A stretch of DNA of 64,000 nt from Epithemia pelagica (lineage: Eukaryota > Protista > Bacillariophyta). Shown here in pieces: positions 53,963 to 64,000 of the stretch (positions are counted from its first letter, which is position 1; each line of letters opens with the position of its first letter). Below the pieces are notes generated by a model. The model was not told where the DNA came from, ran no database searches, and saw only the letters and a program-made list of their open reading frames with translations. The stretch is from NCBI GenBank assembly GCA_946965045.2, contig OX337229.1:5084001-5148000 (forward strand), given 5' to 3'. Both the position numbers and the translations under genes were made by a program.

Positions 53963-55666
53963 CGAGCTCCATCAATCGATATGGGTAACCGTAGTGGCCC
54001 GTGCTTTTCATACCCCCACTGTTTTTTCTACAGTGATTCTAACTTCGTAGGGACACCACTACTGTCATTTTGCACTGCGTAACACCACCATGACACACTC
54101 AAGCCCACCTCCAACGAAAGGTGCCAGCTCTCTTGCGACCATCAAGGATGCCTAAGAATCAAGTGTACCGTGAGGGAATGGGCGGGCAGGGATGAGTTGG
54201 CTTTTTTTATGGACCGACGGCAAGGTTTTGAAGTCTTCCTTATTTGGCATCCGAAACAGAGGAAGTGACCTTGAGAAGAAGACGACGACAACCGATAGAA
54301 TGCATCCAGCAAGTCACCGATCATACGTCCGCATGCAGCAATCAACTCCTCGTCACTTAATAGACCGAGCACAACATTGGAAAGCCTCGACCGTTGGTGG
54401 CTCAAACGCAACAAAAGCTGATTTGTCCAGACAAAACAAACGTGAACCGTGGGTGGAAGGACTGCTTCTACTGCGACAGACGATGGTGGTGCCGGTGGTG
54501 CGGCTGATTTCCACAGCACAATTTGAGTGGAAGAAGGAGGGGATGCCGTGAAGCTGATGGGCGGTGGTCGAAGAGCCTTGCGAGTCGACAACACTCGGCA
54601 ACAACAACAACAACCCAAAACCCAAACACAACAATCAACTACTCACTCCTCGCTGCCACCGAACGAACAACAACAACACTCGGCAACAACACTCGACAAC
54701 GACACTCGGCGGCAAGACTCGGCGACAAGATGGTGTGGTCGTCCTCCTTCTTCTACCGTGCGACGAAACAATCAACTCCTCGTCTTTTCGTTGCCCTCAC
54801 CCAACAAATCGAAGCCTCGTCCACTGGTGGTAACAAGCGACGACAACGACAACCACAAGCGGCTCAACTACAAATGGCGAAACAATCGGCGACGATGTCA
54901 CAGCTGATCGATCGAATGAACGAACGAACGAAAGAACGAATGAACGACAACAACAACACTCGGCGACAACAAAAATCCAAACACAACAATCAACTACTCA
55001 CCGCCACTGATCGAACGAACGAACGAATGAACAAACAACAACAAAAACAACACTCGGCAACAACAACAACAACAACAACCCCCACGCAACAATCAACTAT
55101 TCGCTTTCACCGAACCCTCTGCCCGAGACTGTGCCCTTCAACAGCAGCAAGCGGTGACAACGACAAGCGACGACAACGGCATGCGACAAGACAGCAAGCG
55201 GCAACAACGACAAGCGGCGACAACGACAAGCGACGACAGCGACATCCGACGACAATGACATACTCAACAATCAACTGCTCGTTTCGGCCAAACGGCAAAA
55301 CATTCGGCGACCACGGCACGGCAACAGCACCATACTCAACACCGAAACGATTGCCTATTGTACGACCTACGACACTGAGAAGCATGTACTAAGCTAGATA
55401 GATGTTCTGTACTAGTAGCTGTTTATATGCATACTCGTAGAGGAGGCGGGTTGATTATTGTGCTAGCGCCGCCTCACCATGGTGATGGTGTGGGTGCAGT
55501 TGGTGAGAAGAATCTCGCAACAAAATGTGCAAGAGCATGAGGGCAATTCATTTTACTTTAGGAAAATGTATAGTGTAGTGAATCTCGTAGGGCCGGAAGT
55601 TCAACCGAGTATCGGAAACGTGAAGCACGGGCCACTACGGTTACCCATATCGATTGATGGAGCTCG
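53963..55666. mobile_element. Non-autonomous DNA transposon (1704 bp), perfect 44-bp TIRs, TA TSD (Tc1/mariner-like ends)
   Basis: TA|CGAGCTCCATCAATCGATATGGGTAACCGTAGTGGCCCGTGCTT (53963-54006) and its exact inverse at 55623-55666|TA. The interior is CAA-rich with no transposase. Confidence 0.9.
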
Positions 55667-55989
55667 TACGAGTACGAGTACTCTTCAGGTTGTCTTTGTG
55701 TTGCATCCTTTCCTTATATGGGCATATATGGGCTCTCGTGATTGTCCGCCCTACCAAGTTGAGGTCCGTGACTGGGCTATTATCATATCACATACAAGTG
55801 TTATGGGGGTTAAACTTTGGCGAGATTCCCTACAGTTTGTTTCCCCCAAGCAAAATTAAACGATGAAGCCATTCAGCGTTCTTATTCTTAGAGGCTCTTT
55901 CATTTTCCATTCTCATATATTTTTTAATGGAACTTGGGTTTGAAATCTTGTCGGATGCCATTCGGAACCTGGATAGGAATCAGGTGACA

Positions 55990-56007
55990 TACGAGCTCGT
56001 ACTCGTA
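55990..56007. other. Probable excision footprint of the CGAG..CTCG element family
   Basis: TA-CGAG-CTCG-TA-CTCG-TA: both element tips joined between TA dinucleotides. Confidence 0.55.
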
Positions 56008-57726
56008 TGCCTGATGTGAAGTAAATGACTCTTGGATAGTTGTTGATGATTGATGAATTTCGTGACTCGCACTCTCAAGAATCAGATCAGACTATGGATA
56101 CTCGTAAGGTTACCCATTTCCCACACAGGGAATCCAGCAAAGATAGTCTAAAAGAATTCTATCGGAGTGTTAAACCTGTATATGAATGCTTAGTAGGCAA
56201 ATGTCGACACATGATTTCATGGAGACACGCCTGTGGCTTGCTCTGTTCTTGTCATTCAGGAGTGTCATGGACCTTGCGAGTGGATTTTCTGACACTTTCA
56301 ACCTTCTCGGTCACTTGGGTCTGACACTGCTTGGCCTGGTGACCAAATTTGTTGACTTTTTTGACAATATGGGCCCCTTCCTTGTGTATTGAGCTTCTTG
56401 GTGTGTAGCGATGTTGACGCCAAAAGTAAAGCCGCCTGGTCCAATGGACCCTTGGGGAAGAGGTGGAGGACCACCTCGCGCTGGAGCCTCGACTGTCGCT
56501 TCCAGAACGGGCTTTTTCGATTGTTCATCACCAAGCAATCGCTGCACTTCCCCAATCTCCCGGCTTGGGCGCAAGAACTTGTTGGCAAACTTGCTGTTCA
56601 CAACATAGGTAGATACTTGCTGTTGACAACTTTCCTTCTTTCTTCTTCTGACGTCATCATGACGCTTCTAAAAGGCGATCAAAGATCGATGGATGGTCGC
56701 GTTTGTGTCCCTCATGGATGGACACGAGACGCAGAGCTTCATCTATCATTTACAATCATGACCAAATATCTGGAGCATCGTTCCTTTGTCCTTTCTTCGC
56801 GTAGACTTTGCGAGGTTTTGGATAACCAATGTTGGTTTCGTCTTCAAGTCCTTCAACTGTCTGGTTCTTCGTTCCCCTGGAACCAAATACTGGTCAAACT
56901 CCCTGCAGAGCACGTGTTGACCCAGAAGCTCGTTAGAAACTTGGCATGTACCTGGACAATTTGAATTAGACCCCTCTGTTGTTAAATCAAAAGGTCGGAG
57001 AGAAGAACCTGATCATTTTTTGGCTGCTGTCGGTTGTTCTTTCTTCCATGTTTTGGTCGTCGCAAGAGTCTTCTGGTGCTATCAGCGAAGCTATCTTCGT
57101 GGTAGCTCGCTCTTATCTGCCATTTTCAGAACATCGCTCACGTCTTGCCGTGACCTTTCACTTTCAGATCTTTCAGATTCTTCTCCCTCTTGGCTCTAAG
57201 AAGTTGATCTCTCTAGAGCCTTAGTCTTTTCGTTGCTCGTAGTCATGCTGTTGTTACTTGGAAGAACTTCTCACTTTTCTTGTTGTCAGTTGCCCATACT
57301 TCATGCAATTGGCCCAATCGGCAATCCACGACTATTATTATTTGTTGTTATGTTCCAGCAACAACGAACAACGAAGGGTGCGATTTGCAACTAGCAACTA
57401 CGTACTTGTAATTCTATTCGTAATGACTATGGACATGAATCCTTCGGGTACACAATTCGTACCCTTTCGGAGTTTCGATTTTACCCCCACACGATCATCA
57501 TCATAATCTTATGTACCAGTTACCAGACAACTTGCAACACTGGTAACTGTTACTGGTACTAGAGGTACTCCCCCAAAAAGCTACGAGTAAGCCCTCTCTA
57601 GCTAGCCCCTTCTACCTTATATATTCCGATTTCCGATGGGTACAATGTGCTCATAGTTTCTAGGTTCTAGGAGCAATTCGTAATTCGTAATTATTGGATT
57701 AATAGTAGTGTCCTTCCAGTCACCGG

Positions 57727-57914
57727 TGTTGGAAATGAGAAGATAGAGGAAGTCGTCCGGCGCGGACGCGCGACCAGTCACGAAGCTGAGTCACGATCAC
57801 CAAAGACAATGACCAAGAAAGTGAGCTGGGCGGATATAGTGAAACGAAGGAAGGTAGCATAACCTGTCTATAATTTCAAATTCTGTAAGAAGTCTTGCCC
57901 TCCCGTTCTTAACA
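57727..57914 (+). repeat. Putative 5' LTR (188 bp) of the second Copia element
   Basis: TGTTGGAAATGAG...TTCTTAACA directly followed by a PBS-like sequence. The partner LTR is not in the window, so the 5' boundary is inferred. Confidence 0.72.
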
Positions 57915-57927
57915 GGTTACTGAGCCC
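57915..57927 (+). promoter_or_regulatory. PBS-like site for the tRNA-iMet half-molecule (one extra base)
   Basis: GGTTACTGAGCCC versus GGTTATGAGCCC, the complement of the initiator tRNA-Met anticodon arm, as used by copia/Ty5-type elements. Confidence 0.7.
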
Positions 57928-57988
57928 AACTGCAATTTCCTTTCTCAGTGCTCGGGCAAGACCCATTCAGGGATCTCCCTCCCTGATC

Positions 57989-60900
57989 ATGTCGTCGTCC
58001 CATCAGTCGACAGGAGATCCACCCGGTGGATTCTTCTCCCAACCCCGTCTCCTTCGTACTCCGTTCGGCCGAATGCTACAACACTTGAACATTCGTCCCA
58101 ACACCCCTTCCGTCGACAAACCTTCAGAGCCCTACGAAGTAGTACCCTCGGCGGACCCTATCCTTGTCAGTGCGAGCGATCTTATTGGACCTCCTTCCGA
58201 CCCACCGTCATCCACTTATCACTCTCATCCGCGCGTTACCAAATCGGTCGTGGTACCAGTCCAACCGACGTCCACCCAAACGACAGACCGACATCGCCCG
58301 GATCTGGATGCATCCTTCTCGTCAGAAGATCCGTTGAGCGCTTATAGTCCCTATACACGGGAAGTAATCCTACGAGGGGGCGACCAGTCCGTGTATGAAG
58401 ACTCGATCAGCTTTGCCGACACCATTGAAGCCGCAGAAGAGGCTATGGACTATTATGGTAATCTGTCATCCGAAACGTTGCTCCCAGGTGTCTCTCCGGT
58501 TCCATCAGGTGTCTCTCCGGTGCCATCAGAAATCGCAACTCCCCGTCGCCATCCGACCGTTGCCCGTCCCGTGCCACCGACTCCTCCGACACCATCTGGA
58601 CCGAGCCCGCCTCCCACGATGACTCTGGCACCTTCCGAGGTCTATGTTCAATACCAGAGCACCTCGTCGTCGGTTCTGGCCGGTGCGATCGTAAAAGCCG
58701 ATTACCATGGCGTGGCCCATCCGTATCTTCGCGGGTACATCGGGCCCGATAGGTCGACCCAACAATCGCGGAAGCATTTCTACGTACTAGTCCGACAGGG
58801 ATGGAATCCAGGGATCTATACCTCGTGGAGCGACGCCTGGGTGCGGATCGCCGACTTTCGGTCTCTCACCAGTCAGGCCCCCGATTTTGCTGGTGCCTCT
58901 ACTTACACCGCGGCCGTCCGATACCTCGGCTGGGACCCTCGGTCTGTTCCCCCGCAAGGACCGTTTCCTCCCGCGGCGACCGTCCCATATACTCAGGGGC
59001 CATGGCCTCGTCCGCCACCGTCCGTTTCTCCGGTCCCTACTACTCCTTCCAGTGTCGCCTCGTCCTTGGCTTCCCGCTTGGAATCTGCCTTGGCCGCCCA
59101 GTCGGTGCCTCCAGCGACCATCTCTCACGTGGTGACCGATCTCCACCAGGACCTGGGTCGTCCAGCCCCCATTCCTTCGGTGTCTGCTGCTTTGGGGGGT
59201 CCTACTACGCCTACGTCATCCTCGACCTCGTCGCAGTCGCTTGCCGAAACACCGAGAGGAAAACTCCGTCGGGAACAAAAGGGTTTACCCGAATTCCCAG
59301 CGACAGCCTTAACAGGAGAACTTTTTGACCAATACTACGAATCTTAACAGGAGAACTTTTTGACCAATACTACGAATCGGTCAGGAATATACTCCACATG
59401 TATCACTGGTATCTCCAAGATGGCACAACCATCCCGGGTCATACGGCTACGCCTGACAATCCATACGACAAGCAGATATCTCAACAGCTCCACTATCACC
59501 TAGTGATATCCATTCAGGCCAAGCGCAACCCCGTGGCCCTCGGAGTGCTGTCCGAACTACAATCAGATGGTTCATACGGAGATGGCATCTTGCTGTTGGA
59601 ACGTCTACAAGCTATTGCGTACCCAACAACGACTAGTTCGTTCCTGCAGGATTTTGATACTTGGAATCGTCTGTCCCATAAGAATCGCGAGGACTTGACG
59701 ACGTTCTACCGTCGGGCTAAGGAGGCCAGGATCCGTCTTCAGACTCACAAGTACAGTATAACTGACCTGCAGTTCCGGGTCCGTTTTTACTACTTGGTTG
59801 TAAAAGGGCCCTATGGCCACGCTATGAAGACGTTGGAGGAAGAGTTCAAGTGTGGACGCCTCGATCTCTTCAACATGTCGACCCAGGAATTGTTCATCGC
59901 CATGCATCAAGAATTCCGCGAACAGTGTTACAAGAGTAGAAGCACGATGGAGGTCATGGATGGAAAGCACAGTAGTGGGAGCGTCAAGGGTCGCCGGGTT
60001 AGTGCCAGTAACGACGATGGTGGTGGCGACGACGGCTTTACCACAGTTGGTGCCCATCTTAGTCACAAAGACGCCCGCCAGCAACATAAAGAGTACAAAT
60101 GCATGATCTGTAAAATCCTGCGAAAGGGGAACAAGAAAGGCGGTCGAGGGGTCCATCCTACATGGAAATGCCCCGTGCTGAAAGAGTGTGGGTTCACGTT
60201 GTCGTACGACTATGAGAAGGACAGTGTCCTTAATCCTGAAGGTCGCGCGTCGTCTTTCCCATCGGATCGCAAGGTCAGCACCAGTGATGGATCTGTGGCC
60301 GGTCGCCGCGCGCAGAGCACGGTGGATTCTCCCGTGGTTGTTGAAACTGTTCCCTCGGGTGAAGACGAGACGGACACCAACGGACCATGTAAGTTGCTCG
60401 GGCCGTCAAGACTGCCATGCGACGTTTCCTCTCACATCTCCTGTCGTTCTGTTCAGAGCGGAGGTTCCTCTGCGTCCGGTGATGACTGGTCTGAGACCTC
60501 ATCCGTCGACGATGGTTCCGACGACTGGCTGATCGACGGTCGAGATAGTGATTTAAACGTTTTAATGCATGAGTCTGTGTCAGTTCCTCCCTTGTCTTTG
60601 GGGTCCCTTGACGATACTATCACGTGTCGCCGTAGTTTGTCTCAGGGTGGGGGGTGTGGACGTCGTCTCCTGTGTCCGGACTCAGGCGCCACAGCCGATA
60701 TGTTCTGGGATAGGACCTTGTTTGTGGAGGCAGAATACAAACCCGTGACTTCCCGTTTTGTCGAAATGGGAGATGGCAGCCGCGTCCCTATTGCTGGTCG
60801 GGGTACCGTGGAGTTCCTGGTGAACGGCCACCATGTCCGTCTGGCTGATTGTTACCATGTACCCACTCTGGACGGGCACTTACTCTCCATTCGTGTGCAT

Positions 60901-63900
60901 CGGCGTCGCGGTCCTGGGTGCAGTTTCCTTGCAGATGATACCGGGATGTTCCTCACGTTCCCGTCCTTCGTTGTCCCGGTTGAGGATGCCGATGATCCGC
61001 CGTTGATACCCATCGCCTCGGTTCCTCCGGCCACCACCACTACTCCAACCTATTCCGACCGTCACGGCAGCGCTCATTTTGGACGAGCCCTCCGTGCCAC
61101 TGGTCGACGTATGCATACGCGCTCCCAGTCCGCTACCACATCAACGTCGGAGACTCCCCTTCCCTCTTGTTATGTGGCCGACACTGGTAGTGCCAAAACT
61201 CACCGCCGTACTCCCTTCGAGCTTCATCGTCTCTTCGGCAATCGTACCATATCGGATTTTTCACTCCTTGGTCAGATAGGAACGGGTATACAGGCGGTTG
61301 ACGCGCAGGAATCCACACCCACCATCGGTGACTTCACCACGATAGACCAACGGCGCCGTGGTGCATCGCGTCGCCGCGAGCGTTCCCGTCTCGATTTGGT
61401 TGGCATGGACATCGGGTACGGTTCTGGCACGTCTCCAGGGGGGTACAACTACTGCCTCACCCTGGTCGACAGCGCTACTCGCATGGTATTTAGCTATGGT
61501 TTGTCTCGCCTCACCGGGGCTGACCTTCAAGATGCCTTTTGGCGGTTTCTGGTTGATGCCGGGGGCATCCCCAAAGTGGTTTCGACAGTCGTTTTCTCGG
61601 GGGTCGCATGACGGCGTTCCTTCAAAGCCTCCGTATCAAAGTTCGTTCGGCCGCTCCACGTCGTCAATCATCCAACGGTCTGGTGGAACGAACCTGGCGC
61701 ACAGGAGTGAGGATGGCGCAATCGTTCCTGGCCAAGGCCAAGCTCCCACGCGCGTTCTGGTACTGGGCGCTCAGAGAAGCCTTTCATCGGATGAATATGC
61801 TACCCGTGCAAATCGGCCCTTCTAAATGGAGTTCCCCATTGGAGTTATTCTACGAACGGGCACCAGACTATCGGGTGCCGTTCCCTTTTGGCTCTATCGG
61901 GTATTTTCATCGTCCCAACGACGGGAAACGGCGCCGCCAGACCTTCGAATCGCGGAGCTTTGTGGGCATCGCCGTCGGACGGAGTGATTTTTGCAACGGT
62001 CTGATTTTCTATAACCCAGACCTCCAGACATTTTCTGTGTCATCCGACTATTCCCTTGACACTGACCGCAGCGTCAGTGACGCCTTTCCTTCCCTCGTCT
62101 ACGATGGGGGGATCCAGCTGTCGCTCTGGGCTTGTGACAACGGGTTCGTCAAGTCTATTTATCCGCCTGGCACTCCCGTTTTCTACCAACAGGCGGGCGA
62201 CTCCACTCGGTATCAGGGCCAAGTCGTACAGGTTCCTACTGGTACTACGCCCACCTACAAGATTGATCCCACTGATCCTCCCTCCGACGGTCCCATTGAG
62301 ATTGACGCCGAATTAGTGTGGGGGGTGAACGACCTCAAACGAGGTTCCCCAAGTCCTACTGACACCACCACCGATGCGGACTCCGCGGTTGATACCTCCA
62401 CGTGGGCCGAAGATCCCCTGCGTCCGACGTGGTTGCGCCCGTCGGAACCTGTCACTCTCCAGGTGGAGGACCAGGGTTATATCCAAGGGGCTCTGCAATT
62501 AGACGCAAGCGGAGAATGGGAGTTTGTCGGGCGTGACGCGGGAGATAACAATCAACGAACCGTGGTGCCATTGCCCACGTTAGCTCAAACCTATCGAAGC
62601 ATGATGCAAGAAGGAATCCTTGTCCCAGGTTGGACGCTCGATCCCAATGTGTCCATCGCCCGACGGTTTGTGTCTGCTGGCGGACTAGATCGCAAAACTG
62701 CTCCGGGGTTGCTACTACAACTGCCCGGACTCACCAACAACGACAGGACCATCTGGACAGACTCATACGGGGAAGAGCATGGGAGCTTAGTTACAATGGA
62801 CGTGTTCGACGAAATCGATCAAAAGACTTACGAACGGTATCAAGAGGCAGGATTCACCGCCATTCCCACCATGAATGTGTTCACAATCAAACCCGACGAG
62901 ATGGGCAATCCGTACCGTGCCAAGAGCCGTATCGTGGTTCTGGGAAACCTCGAGGAGAGGATCTGGACCAGCTCAGATCGATATGCCCCGGTGCTGCAGG
63001 CAACCAGTTGTCGTCTCTTGATATCAATGGCAGTGGAGCGTGGACGAGTGGCAAAACAGGGGGATTGTAAAAACGCATTCTGTCAGCCGGAATTGCCGGA
63101 GGAGGAAGTTGTCATATGCCTGCCTCCAAAGGGCTGTCCAATCAGCAAACCTAACCAGCACTTACTGGAAACTAAAGAAGACGTTGTATGGACTGCGCCG
63201 AAGTCCAAGACACTGGTACGACAAGTTTGTCAAAGTGCTGGTGGACCAGATGGGTTTCCAAAAGTGCGTCAACGACCCGTGCATACTGGTGGGATATAGT
63301 CCAGGTGGAACTGAACCCATATACGTGGGAGTGTACGTAGACGATTTTGTCTATTTCAGTGCCGATGCTGCTGCCGAGAAGTGGTTTGAGACCAAGTTGT
63401 GCGAACTGTTGACCGTCGATTTCATGGGCGTGGTGTCATACTTTCTCGGGTGCCGGTATCAATGGTATCGAACCGAGAACGACGGTGTGGGCGTCCACAT
63501 TTCCCAGCCGGGTTTCATTGAACAGTTCCTGCAAAAGTTTGGAATGCAGGACTGTACACCAACGAAAAGTCCCTACCGATCTGGATTACCAATCGACAGG
63601 ATTCTGTCACCTACAACGACACCAGATAACAATCCACTAGTGGGGCCTTATCGATCCCTTATGGGGGGTTTGACGTGGCTGTCCATCAGAACTCGTCCGG
63701 ATATCGCCGTGGCACACAAGCTGTTAAGTAAGCATGTGACCAACCCCAGCCAGGGACACTTCGAAGCGGCCAAACACGTCTTGCGCTACTTACGCGGAAC
63801 AACGGATCGCGGGTTATCGTTCGTTGAGAAGGCAGCTGACAACGCCATTCATGGGTACATCTCGTGGCCAACCAACACGCCAGTACCGTCACACCTACAA

Positions 63901-64000
63901 AGCGAAAAGTTCACGGATTCGAACTGGGGACCACAAGACGCGTCGCGACCCTTGCCAGAAGAACAAGAAACCCGAACCGTAACCGACGACGAATGCAAGT
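57989..64000 (+). pseudogene. Gag-Pol of the second Copia element, broken by three lesions
   Basis: Lesions: a 35-bp tandem duplication at 59309-59378, a frameshift/deletion at ~61578 (PKV..|FDSRFLGGRM) and a frameshift at ~63155 (KPN|STYWKLKKTLYGL). Motifs: PR LCPDSGAT, IN GMDIG..VDSATR..NGLVERTW, RT RAKSRIVVLG..YVDD (63334-63345), RH FTDSNWGPQDAS. Confidence 0.9.

Larger units (their letters stand above)
57727..64000 (+). mobile_element. Second Ty1/Copia LTR retrotransposon (different lineage, probably CoDiII-like), frameshifted, 3' end outside the window
   Basis: 188-bp TG..CA segment followed by a copia-type PBS and gag-PR-IN-RT-RH coding sequence running to the window end. Confidence 0.93.

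Noticed and set aside
56040-57250. Several 65-190 aa ORFs, and a ~21-nt match (TCAGACCCAAGTGACC.AGAA) between ~56303-56323(-) and 44520-44540
   Set aside because: The frames are fragmented with no recognisable domain. One short match could be chance in 64 kb, though a decayed element cannot be excluded.
57513-57559. Imperfect inverted repeat (CAGTTACCAG..CTGGTAACTG)
   Set aside because: It is short and isolated, with no partner end, TSD or gene context that gives it meaning.
1-64000. CRISPR arrays, rRNA or tRNA genes
   Set aside because: The repeats at 23918, 42021, 42678 and 47515 are tandem, with no unique spacers and no cas genes, and the DNA is eukaryotic. I saw no rRNA or cloverleaf sequence. 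The tRNA-like matches are only PBS complements.

Overview
This is eukaryotic nuclear DNA, most likely from a pennate diatom. That is an inference from the CoDi-type Copia elements, short ~75-100 bp GT-AG introns and diatom-style gene families. The first 13 kb holds ordinary genes: a CTL/PNS1 transporter with an 8-nt micro-exon, deoxyhypusine synthase, an LRR membrane protein, a PDI-C/ERGIC protein and two low-complexity proteins. The rest is transposon-rich, with over 40% of the window in mobile or repeat sequence. (1) An intact 8.4-kb Copia element (14144-22527) has apparently identical 783-bp LTRs, a CGCCT TSD, an extra 5' ORF and a PBS that reads as a tRNA-Asn half-molecule site. It split the signal peptide of a Cys-rich surface-protein gene. 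(2) A 6.5-kb piggyBac-like element flanked by CTAG has ~196-bp TIRs, a spliced ~1130-aa transposase and two passenger ORFs. (3) An intact 3.1-kb PIF/Harbinger element (CTG TSD) sits inside an 11-bp-period minisatellite. (4) A 1.7-kb non-autonomous TA-flanked element lies in arrays that look like its own excision footprints. (5) A second, frameshifted Copia element runs off the window and carries an RNase H1-HBD/viroplasmin-like domain at the Gag N-terminus. Between 31 and 52 kb lies a five-gene cluster of divergent, acidic, single-pass membrane proteins. They share short motifs conserved only at the protein level (RFKRNSRMLVVD, RWTCxVLGRHRCPSWG / RWxxKLFxR). This cluster is my best candidate for an undescribed system, possibly membrane-anchored peptide precursors. 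No rRNA, tRNA or CRISPR array is supportable. No database searches were run, so family names come from motif recognition.
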